Of a stretch of 64,000 nt of DNA, positions 53,131 through 63,852 are shown one piece after another (position 1 is the first letter of the stretch; each line of letters begins with the position of its first letter). Both the position numbers and the translations under genes were made by a program. Where the stretch lies: contig JAMPXW010000002.1 of NCBI GenBank assembly GCA_023701005.1, forward strand, positions 113,053 to 177,052, read 5' to 3'. Below the pieces are notes generated by a model that searched no databases, was not told the DNA's origin, and saw nothing but the letters and a program-made list of their open reading frames with translations. The DNA is from Burkholderiales bacterium. Lineage in GTDB: Bacteria; Patescibacteriota; Minisyncoccia; Phycocordibacterales; UBA9973.

Positions 53131-56100
53131 TTATTTCAAGAAAGCACGTGAAAGAGGCCCAAATACACCATCTACCACAAGCCCATTCTTAGCTTGAAAA
53201 GCTTTAACGGCTTTTTCTGTAGCCTTGCCAAAGAAATTTGTCTCTTTTCCTTCTTCTATGCCTTCAACCTTAAAACCATTTCTGTTTAACAATCTCTGAA
53301 GGCATTTTACTTGAGGATCTGTCTTCCCATTTTTCAAAATTATATTAAATTCTCCACAACTTAATTCTTGAGTTTTTACTTCATTTTTTATGGTATTCGT
53401 TTCTTGTTTTTCTTTTGTATTTTTAACATCATCGAAAGCATCCAAGGCACTTGCCATTAAAGATGGCTTGGATGATGCATTCGCAGTAGAACAAGACAAA
53501 TTATATTTAGTTAAAAGATAAGAAACATCAGCACTATTTACAGAACCATTTCTATCTGCATCAGCTCTGTTTTTCTGATCATCTGTAAAAGTTGTCGTTC
53601 CGACAAGGTATTGCATAATCATTGTCGTATCTTTACAATCCACGATACCATCTCCGCTCACATTTCCAAAGACTACTTCTGAAACAGCACATGTGGTATA
53701 ACCTGGAGTTACTGAACTTGACACCCTAGATTCACCCGCACTATTGTAGGCAACTATATTATATGAATATGTAGTATTACATTGAAAACCTGCTAAATCA
53801 GAATATGTTGTAACATTTGGACCAAGTGTAGCTAATAAAGAATTATTTTTATATATTTTAAAACCTGTTTCATTGTTTGAAGTATCTGTCCATGCAAAAT
53901 TTATTGAACTTGTACTAGCACTAGTGATGCGGAAACTTGCAGGTGTCAAAGGCAATTCTACTGGTATTACTTGAGTGCCTACAGTTATCTTTGCAGAAGC
54001 AGAAGCTCCTCCTCCAGCACCAATACATGTAAGAGTGTAATTCTTTGATGAAGTTAGATAATATCCTGCAACCTCACTTCCACTTGTTGCAGATTTTGGA
54101 CCTGACCAATCACCTCCTGCTGTACAAGATGTCGCATTCTTCACTACCCAATTGATCGTCGCCGTACCATTGTAAGATACTGAATCTGGAGAAGTGAAGA
54201 AAGAAATAACAGGAAGAGGAACGACGGGTGTTGTTTGTGGCAAAACATTTATTGTCACATAACTCGTCCCACTTGTGCCACCCGCGCCAGTACATTTAAG
54301 TGAAAAAGTTGTTGTTTTTGTCAGACTGCCTGTAAGCATATTTCCAGATGCAGTTTTGATACCTTCGTATGTACCATCACTTGCTGTACAAGATGTCGCG
54401 TTAATCGAGCTCCAATACATATTCGCCGTGCTTCCATAATCAACTGTCGTTTTATCTGAATAAAAATAACTTACAACTGGAACTGGAAGAGAAGGAATAG
54501 TATTACCTATAACCGTTATACTTAAATTTTTAGAATCACTTTGACCACTAGCATTTGTAGCACTAAATGAAGCTGTATATGTTCCTGCTGTACTATATGT
54601 ATGTGTGAAAGTAGAAGATGGCATAAATGATTGTCTTTGACCATCTCCCCATTCGACTGTATAAGAAACAGCTGTAGTACTATATGCATTTATTTTCCAT
54701 GTACCCGCAGTATTTGCATTGATCGATGTAGGTCCTGATACATCTGAAATATGTGGAGCGGTTGTACTTGTTTTTTGTAAACAAACACCATCCCCTGCTC
54801 CATATTCACATTTTATATTAGTATTTGTTGCATAACTAATACCATTTGTTGTAGTAGGGTCAGTACAAATCCATTCTATGACATAAGAATAACCATCTCC
54901 ATAAAAATTAGCTGGACGAACTGAGTCTGTTTGGTTCTTCATTATTCCATCTGTTCCTAATCCACTTATTGTTCCTTTTATATATTCATTATTCCCATCA
55001 GTATCTAAACAAGCAACAGATGGTTGTTTTTTAGGAACAAGAGTAAGTGTAGCAATATCTGATTTTACTCCTGAACTATTCACACATTGTAGTGTATATT
55101 TTTTTGTCGAAGTTATACTAGCCGTAGGCATACTTCCAGAAGTGGCCTTTAAACCAGAATATGTTCCATCACTTGCTGTACAAGATGTCGCATTAGCAGA
55201 AGCCCAATGTATCGTGACTGTCTCACCATATACTACTTCACCTGGCGTGGTCTGAGGTAGGTAGTAGAAAGAAGTTATTGTAGGAGTTGTGGTGTTTGTA
55301 GAAATGATAGTGAATGTCCCATTACTTTTAAATAAATCTGAAGAACTAACTGATCCATTTAAATTCGTTTCATAAAAGGCATTTATTGTATATTGTCCAG
55401 CTGGCATATTTACAGGAAATGTATACTGCATTGAACCAGAAGTATCAGGATTATTTTGAACTCGTGCGGAAGTTGAGTAAGTAGAATCATTTTTATAAAA
55501 ATTTATATAAGTAAGTCCTGGAGCACCCGGAGTCCATTTAATTGTTATCGTCTGACCTGCTGAAAAAATATCACCAACTTTTGGTGAAAGAACAGATATA
55601 GAAGAAACGCCTACTTTAACAGAAACACTAGCTGATCCAGTTTTTCCATTACTATTAGTAACAAAAAATTTTGGTCCGTATGTACCTGCTTTTAAATAAT
55701 AATGTGTAAAAGTTGCCGATTGTTGAGATGATCGCCAAGCTTCACTAGCATCAGTATCTCCGTCATCTCCCCAGCTAACATAATATGTAAGATTTCCAAC
55801 ACTTGAATCAGAAGCATTTACTGTCCAAGTCCCTGTTTGATTTACATTTAATGTTTGTGGACCAGAAACACTTAAAACGACAGGAGTAGTTGTAGTTTCT
55901 TCCACTTTCACACTCAAGCTTGTCTGTGTACTTTTTCCACTACTATTTGTGACAGTAAATGTCGGATTATATGTTCCAGCTTTACTATATGAATGAATGA
56001 ATGTCGCTGTTTGTCCTGTTTGTTCTGGTGTGTATGCCATAGCACAACTAGCCCCTGAAGGACATGTAAGTGTGACATCTCCCCAATTTACAGAGTATGT

Positions 56101-56595
56101 CAAATTTCCACCAGTTTTATCAGAAGCTTTTATTGTCCATTTTCCATTTTGTCCTATATTTAATGTCTGAGGACCTGTCGCACTCAAAATTGAAATTTCA
56201 TTTGTAATAGGGTCTTTATCTGGATCAACAACTATCTCCCCTCCACAAGAAGCACTTTTTATTTTTGCTTTCGTCGCTGGACCCACATATCCTGTAGGAC
56301 TAATATTATTATCTTTTTGAAAATCTTTTACGGCTTTAAGAGTTAAAATTCCAAAATATCCAGTCGGTTCTGAATTCAAATATCCCTTAACTTGCAAAAA
56401 ATCTTGAAGAAGAGAAACTTCCCCATTTGTATTTGCATCTCGTGCTCTATATCTCAAACCAGAACTTTGCAAAGAGATACAATCTGATGCTGTAGGATTA
56501 GGATCGACATCCCCTACTTGTGCAAAAGAGAAACTTGGGATAACAAGAACAGTTAGAAACAAAACTGAAAGAAAACCCAATATGTATTTTTTCAT
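53131..56595 (-). CDS. Large surface protein: PG-binding domains at both ends, PKD/Ig repeats, FN3, dockerin-like
   Basis: LLQDFL...TGYFG..T..AVK.FQ; three WGD/PKD repeats; three NATSCTA repeats; WTDTSNNETGF; GNVSGDGIVD...ADADRNGSVNSAD; DGVFGPLSR. Confidence 0.85.
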   Translation of the reverse strand: MKKYILGFLSVLFLTVLVIPSFSFAQVGDVDPNPTASDCISLQSSGLRYRARDANTNGEVSLLQDFLQVKGYLNSEPTGYFGILTLKAVKDFQKDNNISPTGYVGPATKAKIKSASCGGEIVVDPDKDPITNEISILSATGPQTLNIGQNGKWTIKASDKTGGNLTYSVNWGDVTLTCPSGASCAMAYTPEQTGQTATFIHSYSKAGTYNPTFTVTNSSGKSTQTSLSVKVEETTTTPVVLSVSGPQTLNVNQTGTWTVNASDSSVGNLTYYVSWGDDGDTDASEAWRSSQQSATFTHYYLKAGTYGPKFFVTNSNGKTGSASVSVKVGVSSISVLSPKVGDIFSAGQTITIKWTPGAPGLTYINFYKNDSTYSTSARVQNNPDTSGSMQYTFPVNMPAGQYTINAFYETNLNGSVSSSDLFKSNGTFTIISTNTTTPTITSFYYLPQTTPGEVVYGETVTIHWASANATSCTASDGTYSGLKATSGSMPTASITSTKKYTLQCVNSSGVKSDIATLTLVPKKQPSVACLDTDGNNEYIKGTISGLGTDGIMKNQTDSVRPANFYGDGYSYVIEWICTDPTTTNGISYATNTNIKCEYGAGDGVCLQKTSTTAPHISDVSGPTSINANTAGTWKINAYSTTAVSYTVEWGDGQRQSFMPSSTFTHTYSTAGTYTASFSATNASGQSDSKNLSITVIGNTIPSLPVPVVSYFYSDKTTVDYGSTANMYWSSINATSCTASDGTYEGIKTASGNMLTGSLTKTTTFSLKCTGAGGTSGTSYVTINVLPQTTPVVPLPVISFFTSPDSVSYNGTATINWVVKNATSCTAGGDWSGPKSATSGSEVAGYYLTSSKNYTLTCIGAGGGASASAKITVGTQVIPVELPLTPASFRITSASTSSINFAWTDTSNNETGFKIYKNNSLLATLGPNVTTYSDLAGFQCNTTYSYNIVAYNSAGESRVSSSVTPGYTTCAVSEVVFGNVSGDGIVDCKDTTMIMQYLVGTTTFTDDQKNRADADRNGSVNSADVSYLLTKYNLSCSTANASSKPSLMASALDAFDDVKNTKEKQETNTIKNEVKTQELSCGEFNIILKNGKTDPQVKCLQRLLNRNGFKVEGIEEGKETNFFGKATEKAVKAFQAKNGLVVDGVFGPLSRAFLK

Positions 56596-56688
56596 AATTT
56601 TAGACTAATTTTTAATAAAATTTTAATATCAATATTATACTCTCCCTTATGGGAATAGCAAAAAAGTTATACACAATAGAGTCTTATT

Positions 56689-57801
56689 TTATTTACCTAA
56701 AATAATAGCTGCAATATCTGGAAAATGTTCTGTATAATCACCAAAGATTTGTTCTCCGAAAGCATCCACTTCAAATTTCTCCCAAGTTATTTTCTCTTTA
56801 AAACCTGCTCCTGAATATGAACCAAAGCTCATAGGTGAAGAATGTATTTCGATAAATCCTGCCCAAGAACGTACTATCTTTTCTTGCATCTCTTCTGTCT
56901 CTTCCGCGAGAAAATCTTTTTTAATATGTGGAACAACACAAATAGGAAAATCAGCAGCTATACCACCACCCAATTGTAAAAATGCTAAGCCTTTTTCTTT
57001 TGTATTATCCATATACCATTCTGCCAATCTGTGCATGTAACGGAATGAATGCGAGACAACTTCCGGGCTAATTGGTTTTTCTAATTTATATTTAGATAAT
57101 AGTGGATGATCACCATTATAAGATGCTTGAGTGAAAATATTTCCCATTGTTGAATCTTCTACCCCCGGCACAAAGACTGGAATTTTATTTAAAAATGCTT
57201 GATAGAGCCAACACTCATCAGGATTTGCTGTAGGGTCAAAAGTTATAAGTTTCTTTTCGAAAAGTTGGAAAAAATATTCGTGCCACAATAATGGTTTATT
57301 ATTTTCTTCAGCTTCACGCCATAATTTTTCTAATTCTGGTAAAACCACTCTAACTGATTCATCTTCTGGTAAAAATGTATCTGTGATTCTACGAAGTCCC
57401 GCTCTTGCTAATTCTTTTTCTTCCGCTCTGGTTAATTCAACATAATCTGGGATATAGGCATAATGACTATTTGCTACGAGTCTATACAAACTTTCTTCCA
57501 AATTAGCTCCTGTCACAGAAATAGCTGCTATCTTCCCAGCTCTTATAAGCTCAGATATCATGATACCTTGTTGGAAAGAAGAACCAGCGCCCGACATAGT
57601 CAAAAATATCTTCCCTCCTTCATCTGTGTGTTTTTTGAGCCAAAGACCAGCATTTACAGTCTTTCCACCATTACAATGCCTTTTTGTATTTACGAGCCAA
57701 TTGGTAATAGGTGTTTCGGAATTAGGTTTATAATTCCTCTCACCCATGAAAATTTTTGCTTGTAATTCTTTACTTAAAGATGATATTTTTTGTTGTGACA
57801 T
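56689..57801 (-). CDS. Deoxyhypusine synthase-like protein (possible homospermidine synthase)
   Basis: TGANLEE, LRRITDT, PGVEDSTMG, QLGGGIAADF, SYSGA..EKITWEK. Confidence 0.88.
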   Translation of the reverse strand: MSQQKISSLSKELQAKIFMGERNYKPNSETPITNWLVNTKRHCNGGKTVNAGLWLKKHTDEGGKIFLTMSGAGSSFQQGIMISELIRAGKIAAISVTGANLEESLYRLVANSHYAYIPDYVELTRAEEKELARAGLRRITDTFLPEDESVRVVLPELEKLWREAEENNKPLLWHEYFFQLFEKKLITFDPTANPDECWLYQAFLNKIPVFVPGVEDSTMGNIFTQASYNGDHPLLSKYKLEKPISPEVVSHSFRYMHRLAEWYMDNTKEKGLAFLQLGGGIAADFPICVVPHIKKDFLAEETEEMQEKIVRSWAGFIEIHSSPMSFGSYSGAGFKEKITWEKFEVDAFGEQIFGDYTEHFPDIAAIILGK

Positions 57802-57860
57802 AATCCATATTATACAAAATTAAATATAAAAAATACAATATATAACACAACCCCTTAAAT

Positions 57861-57881
57861 CCCTGTCTACCGACAGGCAGG
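57861..57881. repeat. Short REP-like palindrome
   Basis: ccctgtctaccgacaggcagg. Confidence 0.5.
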
Positions 57882-57905
57882 TTCCTTCTCAAAAGTAAAA
57901 AAAGA

Positions 57906-57936
57906 AAAATCCGCAAGGATTTTTCTTTGCGGATTT
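57906..57936 (-). terminator. Intrinsic terminator
   Basis: aaatccgcaagga / tctttgcggattt. Confidence 0.65.
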
Positions 57937-58429
57937 AAAAAAGCTTTACATAAAATTCAAACTTCTCAGCAAGTTCTCTTACTATGCCTTGAAGTGCTTG
58001 ATAATATGTACCTCCTCCATTGTCACTAACATAACCTCTGGATGTAGCAGCCACTAATCCATTGGTAGATATTATTGTTATCAAAACTTCTCCCCATTTG
58101 CCATTACGTCCTTTAGCCACTTTATTTTCACTCATGGGATCGTTATGTTGGAGAACTAAATTTACAATAAGAGTATCGCCACCTTTGTCTACTAAATTAA
58201 TTTTCTTTGCACGTGTCAATTCTTCACGGATAGCTGATTGGAGAAAAATACTATCTTCAGCATCTGCAATAATTTTAATGCTTGATACAAAAAAATTAAC
58301 CTGCACATCTCCATTTTCATCATAATAATATTCGTCTTGCACTTCTACATTTGTCTTTCTTGAAGATTGTTGTGCATTTGTGAATGTAAAAGAAAATAAT
58401 AAAACGAGAATTACTAACAGATTTTTCAT
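57935..58429 (-). CDS. Secreted hypothetical protein
   Basis: GGAG 6 nt before the ATG at 58429; signal peptide MKNLLVILVLLFSFTFTNA; own TTGACT-17-TATACT promoter (58487-58515). Confidence 0.7.
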   Translation of the reverse strand: MKNLLVILVLLFSFTFTNAQQSSRKTNVEVQDEYYYDENGDVQVNFFVSSIKIIADAEDSIFLQSAIREELTRAKKINLVDKGGDTLIVNLVLQHNDPMSENKVAKGRNGKWGEVLITIISTNGLVAATSRGYVSDNGGGTYYQALQGIVRELAEKFEFYVKLF

Positions 58430-58591
58430 TTGATACTCCAATTTGAGGTTTAGTTTTTGATTGTTTAGAACTTATTATCTATATAAAGTATAGCATATAT
58501 AATATTAAAAGTCAAGTAAAACCAGCAAAGAGCTTTAAAAAATAAAGACATATTAATAAAGAAGAGGGTTTTAGAGAAGGTTGTATTTTCT

Positions 58592-58630
58592 TCCCCTCTC
58601 CTTAATAAGGAGAGGGGTTAAGGGGTGAGG
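58592..58630. repeat. REP/SDR-like dispersed palindrome
   Basis: cccctctcctt-aat-aaggagagggg followed by ttaaggggtgagg. Confidence 0.65.
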
Positions 58631-58678
58631 TAATTATTATATATTGCATTTAGTCTCTTTTTATGCAATACTATATGT

Positions 58679-58918
58679 ATGCAATTAGTAGCTACAATAC
58701 TTCCATATGCACAGATAATACTCTCTGTATTATTGGTGACAGCGATATTACTCCAACAATCTGGAGCTGGTTTAGGTGGCGCACTAGGAGGAAGCGATGG
58801 TGATGCATTTCATCACACACGTAGAGGTTTTGAAAAATTTCTTTTTTATCTATCCATAGTTTGTGGAATTCTTTTTACTTTATTTGCTTTTCTTACTATA
58901 ATAATAAAAAGTAATTAA
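58679..58918 (+). CDS. secG: Preprotein translocase SecG
   Basis: ILLQQSGAGLGGALGG, TRRGFEK, two TMs. Confidence 0.92.
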   Translation: MQLVATILPYAQIILSVLLVTAILLQQSGAGLGGALGGSDGDAFHHTRRGFEKFLFYLSIVCGILFTLFAFLTIIIKSN

Positions 58919-58963
58919 TCTTCCCTTTCCTCTCAGAGAAGTTTCGTATTAAATTTTAGTTTT

Positions 58964-60715
58964 ATGGAAAATCTTTATAATAGAATATTAAATTTTTTGC
59001 CGTCAAAAAATGAAATAAAGAAAGCTATCTCTTGTTTTACAAAAAGAGAATATTTTGTATTTATAATCTTCGTAGTTGTTTTTATAATAAGCACCCTAGC
59101 TATATTACAAAATATAAATAAATCACTAATGGTAAAGGTTGCCTTAAAAGGAGGCACAATTAGCGAAGGCATAGTAGGTACTCCTCGTTTTGTGAATCCT
59201 GCATTGGCTACATCTTCTGCTGACCAAGACCTAGTATCTCTCATATATTCTGGATTAATGAGAAAAAATTCTGATGGAACTTTAACTCTTGATTTAGCAG
59301 AAAAATATGAAGTATCAAAAGATGGATTAACTTATACTTTTACTTTAAAAGAAAATATTTATTTCCATGATGAAAAAGAAATAACTACCGATGATATTAT
59401 ATTTACTATAAAAACTATCAAAGACCCTGAAACAAAAAGTCTCAAAAAAGGCAATTGGGATGGAGTCAACGTAGAAAAAATAGATGAAAAAACAATCACA
59501 TTCACTTTGAAACAACCCTATGCGTCATTTTTAGAAAATACTACATTAGGTATAATGCCAGCACATATATGGGCAAATTCCCCTATAGAGCTCAGTGAAG
59601 CAAATACAAAACCAATAGGATCAGGACCATTTATGGTAGAAACTGTAAACAAACAATCAAATGGATTGATAGATTATTATGAATTAATTCCATTTAAAAA
59701 ATTTAAATTAGGAGAACCTTTCATAGAAAAACTAACTTTACAATTTTATCCAAATGAAGAAGAACAAATAGCAGCATTGGAAAGTGGAGAAGTAGATCAA
59801 ATAAGTTCCATAACTCCATCAAATGCTCAAATATTGAAAGCCAAAAATTATAGAGTCGAGTCTCTCACCTTACCTAGAGTATTTGGACTTTTCTTTAATC
59901 AAAGTCAAAATCAAATATTCACAAACAAACGTGTTATAGAAGCTATGGATTTAGCAATAAACAAAGATGCCCTAGTACGTACTGTGCTCTTTGGATATGG
60001 AGTAGCGATAGATACACCGATACCTCCAAATATGATAAATTATCAAAAATTAAACAAAGAAGAAGACTTATTGCATTCTGAGAGAGTAGAGAAAGCGCAA
60101 AGTCTTCTAGAGAAAGATGGTTGGCAAAGAGGAGCTGATGGATTCTTAGAAAAAACAACAGTAGACAAAAAGAAAAAGAAAAGTACTTCTTATTTAGAAT
60201 TTTCAATATCTACAGGAAACGCACCAGAATTGGTAAAATCAGCAGAATTGATTAAACAAGATTTAGAATCTATCGGAATGAAAGTCACTCTCAAAACTTT
60301 TGAAATTGGAAACTTAAACCAAAGTGTCATACGTCCCCGCAAATATGATGCCTTGCTATTTGGACAAATTATCAATCATGAATCTGATCTTTTTGCATTT
60401 TGGCATTCTTCACAAAGAAAAGATCCAGGCCTTAATGTAGCAATGTATACCAATGCGAAAGTAGACAAAATTTTAGAAGACGCATTTATCACAGTCGATG
60501 AAAAATCAAGAATAAAAAAATATGCTCAATTTGAAGACGAAATAAAAAAAGATATGCCTGCTGTATTTTTATATAGTCCAGACTTTGTATATATCGTTTC
60601 AAAAAATATTCAAGGATTTACAATGGATCACATTATCACATCTTCAGATAGATTTTCTAATTCATATCTCTGGTACACAAAAACAGATAATGTTTGGAAA
60701 ATATTTGCTGAATAA
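58964..60715 (+). CDS. Peptide ABC transporter substrate-binding protein (family 5)
   Basis: GGTISEG, LIYSGL, DLAE...DGLTYTFTL...FHD, PIGSGPF, N..VD.ILE. Confidence 0.92.
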   Translation: MENLYNRILNFLPSKNEIKKAISCFTKREYFVFIIFVVVFIISTLAILQNINKSLMVKVALKGGTISEGIVGTPRFVNPALATSSADQDLVSLIYSGLMRKNSDGTLTLDLAEKYEVSKDGLTYTFTLKENIYFHDEKEITTDDIIFTIKTIKDPETKSLKKGNWDGVNVEKIDEKTITFTLKQPYASFLENTTLGIMPAHIWANSPIELSEANTKPIGSGPFMVETVNKQSNGLIDYYELIPFKKFKLGEPFIEKLTLQFYPNEEEQIAALESGEVDQISSITPSNAQILKAKNYRVESLTLPRVFGLFFNQSQNQIFTNKRVIEAMDLAINKDALVRTVLFGYGVAIDTPIPPNMINYQKLNKEEDLLHSERVEKAQSLLEKDGWQRGADGFLEKTTVDKKKKKSTSYLEFSISTGNAPELVKSAELIKQDLESIGMKVTLKTFEIGNLNQSVIRPRKYDALLFGQIINHESDLFAFWHSSQRKDPGLNVAMYTNAKVDKILEDAFITVDEKSRIKKYAQFEDEIKKDMPAVFLYSPDFVYIVSKNIQGFTMDHIITSSDRFSNSYLWYTKTDNVWKIFAE

Positions 60716-60748
60716 ACCTAACTAATTATTAAAAAATAATAAACAAAA

Positions 60749-62695
60749 ATGAGAAAAAATAGACTATCTTTTAGCTCTGTCATGATGGAAGAGAAAAAGG
60801 AAAATAAAACAGAACAAAAGAATCCATCTACGGAAGGACATAACGATATAAATACGAAACGCCATCAAACAACTGGCACAAAAAAGAAACTTATAAAAAG
60901 TTCAACGTATCAATATACCAAAAAGAAATTTGGACCATCCAAAAATAACAATCGCCCTTTTGGTGATAAAAATAAATTTAAAAACACCACAGATAATAAA
61001 ATACCCGCACCACAAGAAGGAGTCATAAGAATAATCCCACTAGGTGGAGTAGAAGAAATAGGCAAAAATATGACAGCTATTGAAATAGGAGACGACATAA
61101 TCGTCGTAGACGCTGGTATGCACTTTTCGAACGAAGAAACTCCTGGAGTAGATTATGTTATTCCCAATACTACATATCTAGAAGAACACAAAGAAAAAAT
61201 TCGTGGCTTATTCATAACTCATGGACACTTAGATCATATAGGAGGAGTACCTTTAGTACTTTCACGTATAGGCAATCCCCCAGTATATGCACGAAAACTA
61301 TCAATGCTATTAATGAAAAAGAGGCAAGCCGAATTTCCTCAATTGCCAGCCATCAAAGAAAATATCGTAGAAAAAGATGAGGTTGTCACTTGTGGAAAAA
61401 TAAAAATAAGATTTTTTGGAGTCACACACACCATTCCTGATTCTATGGGGATAATCATAGAAACCAAAAACGGCTGGATAGTCACTCCTGGTGATTACAA
61501 GCTTGACCAAGTAGATGGAATAGTATCGCCAGAAGAAGAAAAAGAATATTCAATCTTTGATAAAGCTAAAGTTCTTCTTTTAATGACAGATTCTACAAAT
61601 ATAGAAAATGAAGGATTTTCTTTGCCAGAAATAAAAGTTCATCAAGGGTTGGAAAATCTAATCAGGAAAGTTAATGGGCGTATTATTATCGCAGCTTTTG
61701 CTTCTCATATCACACGTCTCACCCATGTCGTCAAAGTAGCAGAAAATCTTGGAAAGAAAATAGCCATAGATGGACGTTCAATGAAAACAAATATTGATGT
61801 GGCCATAGAAGCAGGTTATTTCAAGCCTAAAAAAGATACAATAATTCCAATAGAAGAAGCAGACAAATACCCTCCTAGTAAAGTCGTGATCCTTATGACA
61901 GGTTCACAAGGAGAAGAATTTGCAGCTTTAAGTAGGGCTGCAAATAAGTCACACACAAAATTTGCTATCAAAAAAGGAGACACTATTATCCTCTCTTCTT
62001 CCGTCGTTCCAGGGAATGAAATAAAAGTTCAAAGAATCAAAGATAACTTATCTCGACAAGGAGTCAAAATAATAAGTTACCGAACAGCTGGAGAAGATTT
62101 TATCCATGCGACAGGTCACGGAAACAAAGAAGACGTTAGATGGCTTCATAGGAAGACTCATCCAAAATTCTTTATTCCAATTCATGGCAATCATTTTATG
62201 CTAGAACTTCACAAAGAATTAGCTTTAGAATTAGGAATGTCTGAAGAAAGAATCGCAGTTCCTGACAATGGATCGATCATAGAAATATCAGCTGATGGAG
62301 AAAAGATATCAACCAGAAAAGAGAAAGCTCCTTCTGCACCTATGATGGTAGACGGTTTTGCTATTTCTGATGTACAAGATGTCGTCATCAGAGACAGACA
62401 AATGCTCGCCCAAGATGGAATGTTTGTTATCATTGCTCTTGTCGATCAAAAAACAGGCAAGTTGAAAAAATCTCCAGACTTAATTTCTAGGGGTTTCGTT
62501 TATTTGAAAGAAAACCAAGAACTCTTGAGACAAGTAAGAATAATAATCAAAAAAAGTGTTGAAGAGGTGTCTATGAAAAATAATGCTATTGATTTGGATT
62601 ATATAAAAGCTAACTTGGGAGAAACAGTATCTAAATTCTTATATCAAAAAACAGCCAAAAGACCATTAGTCATACCAGTAGTTTTGAGTATATAA
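60749..62695 (+). CDS. rnj: Ribonuclease J with basic N-terminal extension
   Basis: IPLGGVEEIGKN, THGHLDHIG, HTIPD, TGSQGE, HATGH, PIHG. Confidence 0.96.
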   Translation: MRKNRLSFSSVMMEEKKENKTEQKNPSTEGHNDINTKRHQTTGTKKKLIKSSTYQYTKKKFGPSKNNNRPFGDKNKFKNTTDNKIPAPQEGVIRIIPLGGVEEIGKNMTAIEIGDDIIVVDAGMHFSNEETPGVDYVIPNTTYLEEHKEKIRGLFITHGHLDHIGGVPLVLSRIGNPPVYARKLSMLLMKKRQAEFPQLPAIKENIVEKDEVVTCGKIKIRFFGVTHTIPDSMGIIIETKNGWIVTPGDYKLDQVDGIVSPEEEKEYSIFDKAKVLLLMTDSTNIENEGFSLPEIKVHQGLENLIRKVNGRIIIAAFASHITRLTHVVKVAENLGKKIAIDGRSMKTNIDVAIEAGYFKPKKDTIIPIEEADKYPPSKVVILMTGSQGEEFAALSRAANKSHTKFAIKKGDTIILSSSVVPGNEIKVQRIKDNLSRQGVKIISYRTAGEDFIHATGHGNKEDVRWLHRKTHPKFFIPIHGNHFMLELHKELALELGMSEERIAVPDNGSIIEISADGEKISTRKEKAPSAPMMVDGFAISDVQDVVIRDRQMLAQDGMFVIIALVDQKTGKLKKSPDLISRGFVYLKENQELLRQVRIIIKKSVEEVSMKNNAIDLDYIKANLGETVSKFLYQKTAKRPLVIPVVLSI

Positions 62696-62697
62696 AT

Positions 62698-63852
62698 ATG
62701 CAAATGAAACATAATAGAAAAATAATATTTCTCGCAGGATTTTTATTTTCTATACCGGTAGCTTTAGTTTCATATATAAACTCAAGCTATCTAGAAACAT
62801 ACATCGACAAAAATTATGTAGGTATTATATACATAGTGGCATCTACTGTAGCAATATTAGGTTTACTTAAGATGCCTAAAGCTCTTAATATTTTTGGTAA
62901 TCGTTTAACAATACTTTTATCTTTCTTGTTAACATTTTCCTCTCTTATTTTATTAGCGACTACAAGCAATATATTGGTAGCTATTCCTGCTTTTGTTGTT
63001 TATTTTGCTTCAATTAGTTTTATAATTTTCTCTTTAGACATATTTATTGAAGATTTTTCAAAAGATTCTTCGGTCGGTTCATTAAGAGGATTATATCTAA
63101 CCATAATAAACATAGCTTGGATAATATCTCAAATAATTTCTGGCTCTGTTATAAACAATACTTCCCTATCAAAAATATACTTAATAAGTGCAGGGTTTAT
63201 TTTTGTAGGCATGTTAATATTTGTTTTCTTTTTACGAAATTTTAAAGATCCAGAGTATAAAAAAATATCAGTACTAAAGACTCTCAAGTCTTTTATCGAA
63301 AACAAAAATATCTCAAAAATATATTTAAGTAGCCTAATATTACAATTTTTTTATGCTTGGATGATAATATACACACCAATATATCTTCATGAATATATGA
63401 ATTTTAGTTGGGATAAAATCGGTGTTATATTTTCAATTATGTTGATACCTTTTATCCTTCTAGATTATCCTCTAGGCAAATTATCTGACAAAATTGGAGA
63501 GAAAAAAATGTTAAATATAGGATTTATAATAATTTTTATTTCTGTTTTTTGTATACCATTTTTAAAAGAATCTTCTGTATTAATTTGGGCAATGATATTA
63601 TTTATGACAAGAGTTGGAGCAGCTACAATAGAAATAATGAATGAAGCTTATTTCTTTAAAAATGTAAAAGAAGAAAACGCTGATGAAATCAGTTTTTATC
63701 GTAATGCTTCACCTTTTGCTTATATAATAGCTCCTCTCCTCGCAGTACCTATCTTGTTTTTAATCCCCTCTTTTAAATATTTATTCTTTGTACTAAGCGC
63801 AATATTACTCTCTGGATTCTTTATCTCTCTCAGAATAAAAGATGTAAAGTAA
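62698..63852 (+). CDS. MFS transporter
   Basis: About 12 TMs, GKLSDKIGEK motif. Confidence 0.88.
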   Translation: MQMKHNRKIIFLAGFLFSIPVALVSYINSSYLETYIDKNYVGIIYIVASTVAILGLLKMPKALNIFGNRLTILLSFLLTFSSLILLATTSNILVAIPAFVVYFASISFIIFSLDIFIEDFSKDSSVGSLRGLYLTIINIAWIISQIISGSVINNTSLSKIYLISAGFIFVGMLIFVFFLRNFKDPEYKKISVLKTLKSFIENKNISKIYLSSLILQFFYAWMIIYTPIYLHEYMNFSWDKIGVIFSIMLIPFILLDYPLGKLSDKIGEKKMLNIGFIIIFISVFCIPFLKESSVLIWAMILFMTRVGAATIEIMNEAYFFKNVKEENADEISFYRNASPFAYIIAPLLAVPILFLIPSFKYLFFVLSAILLSGFFISLRIKDVK

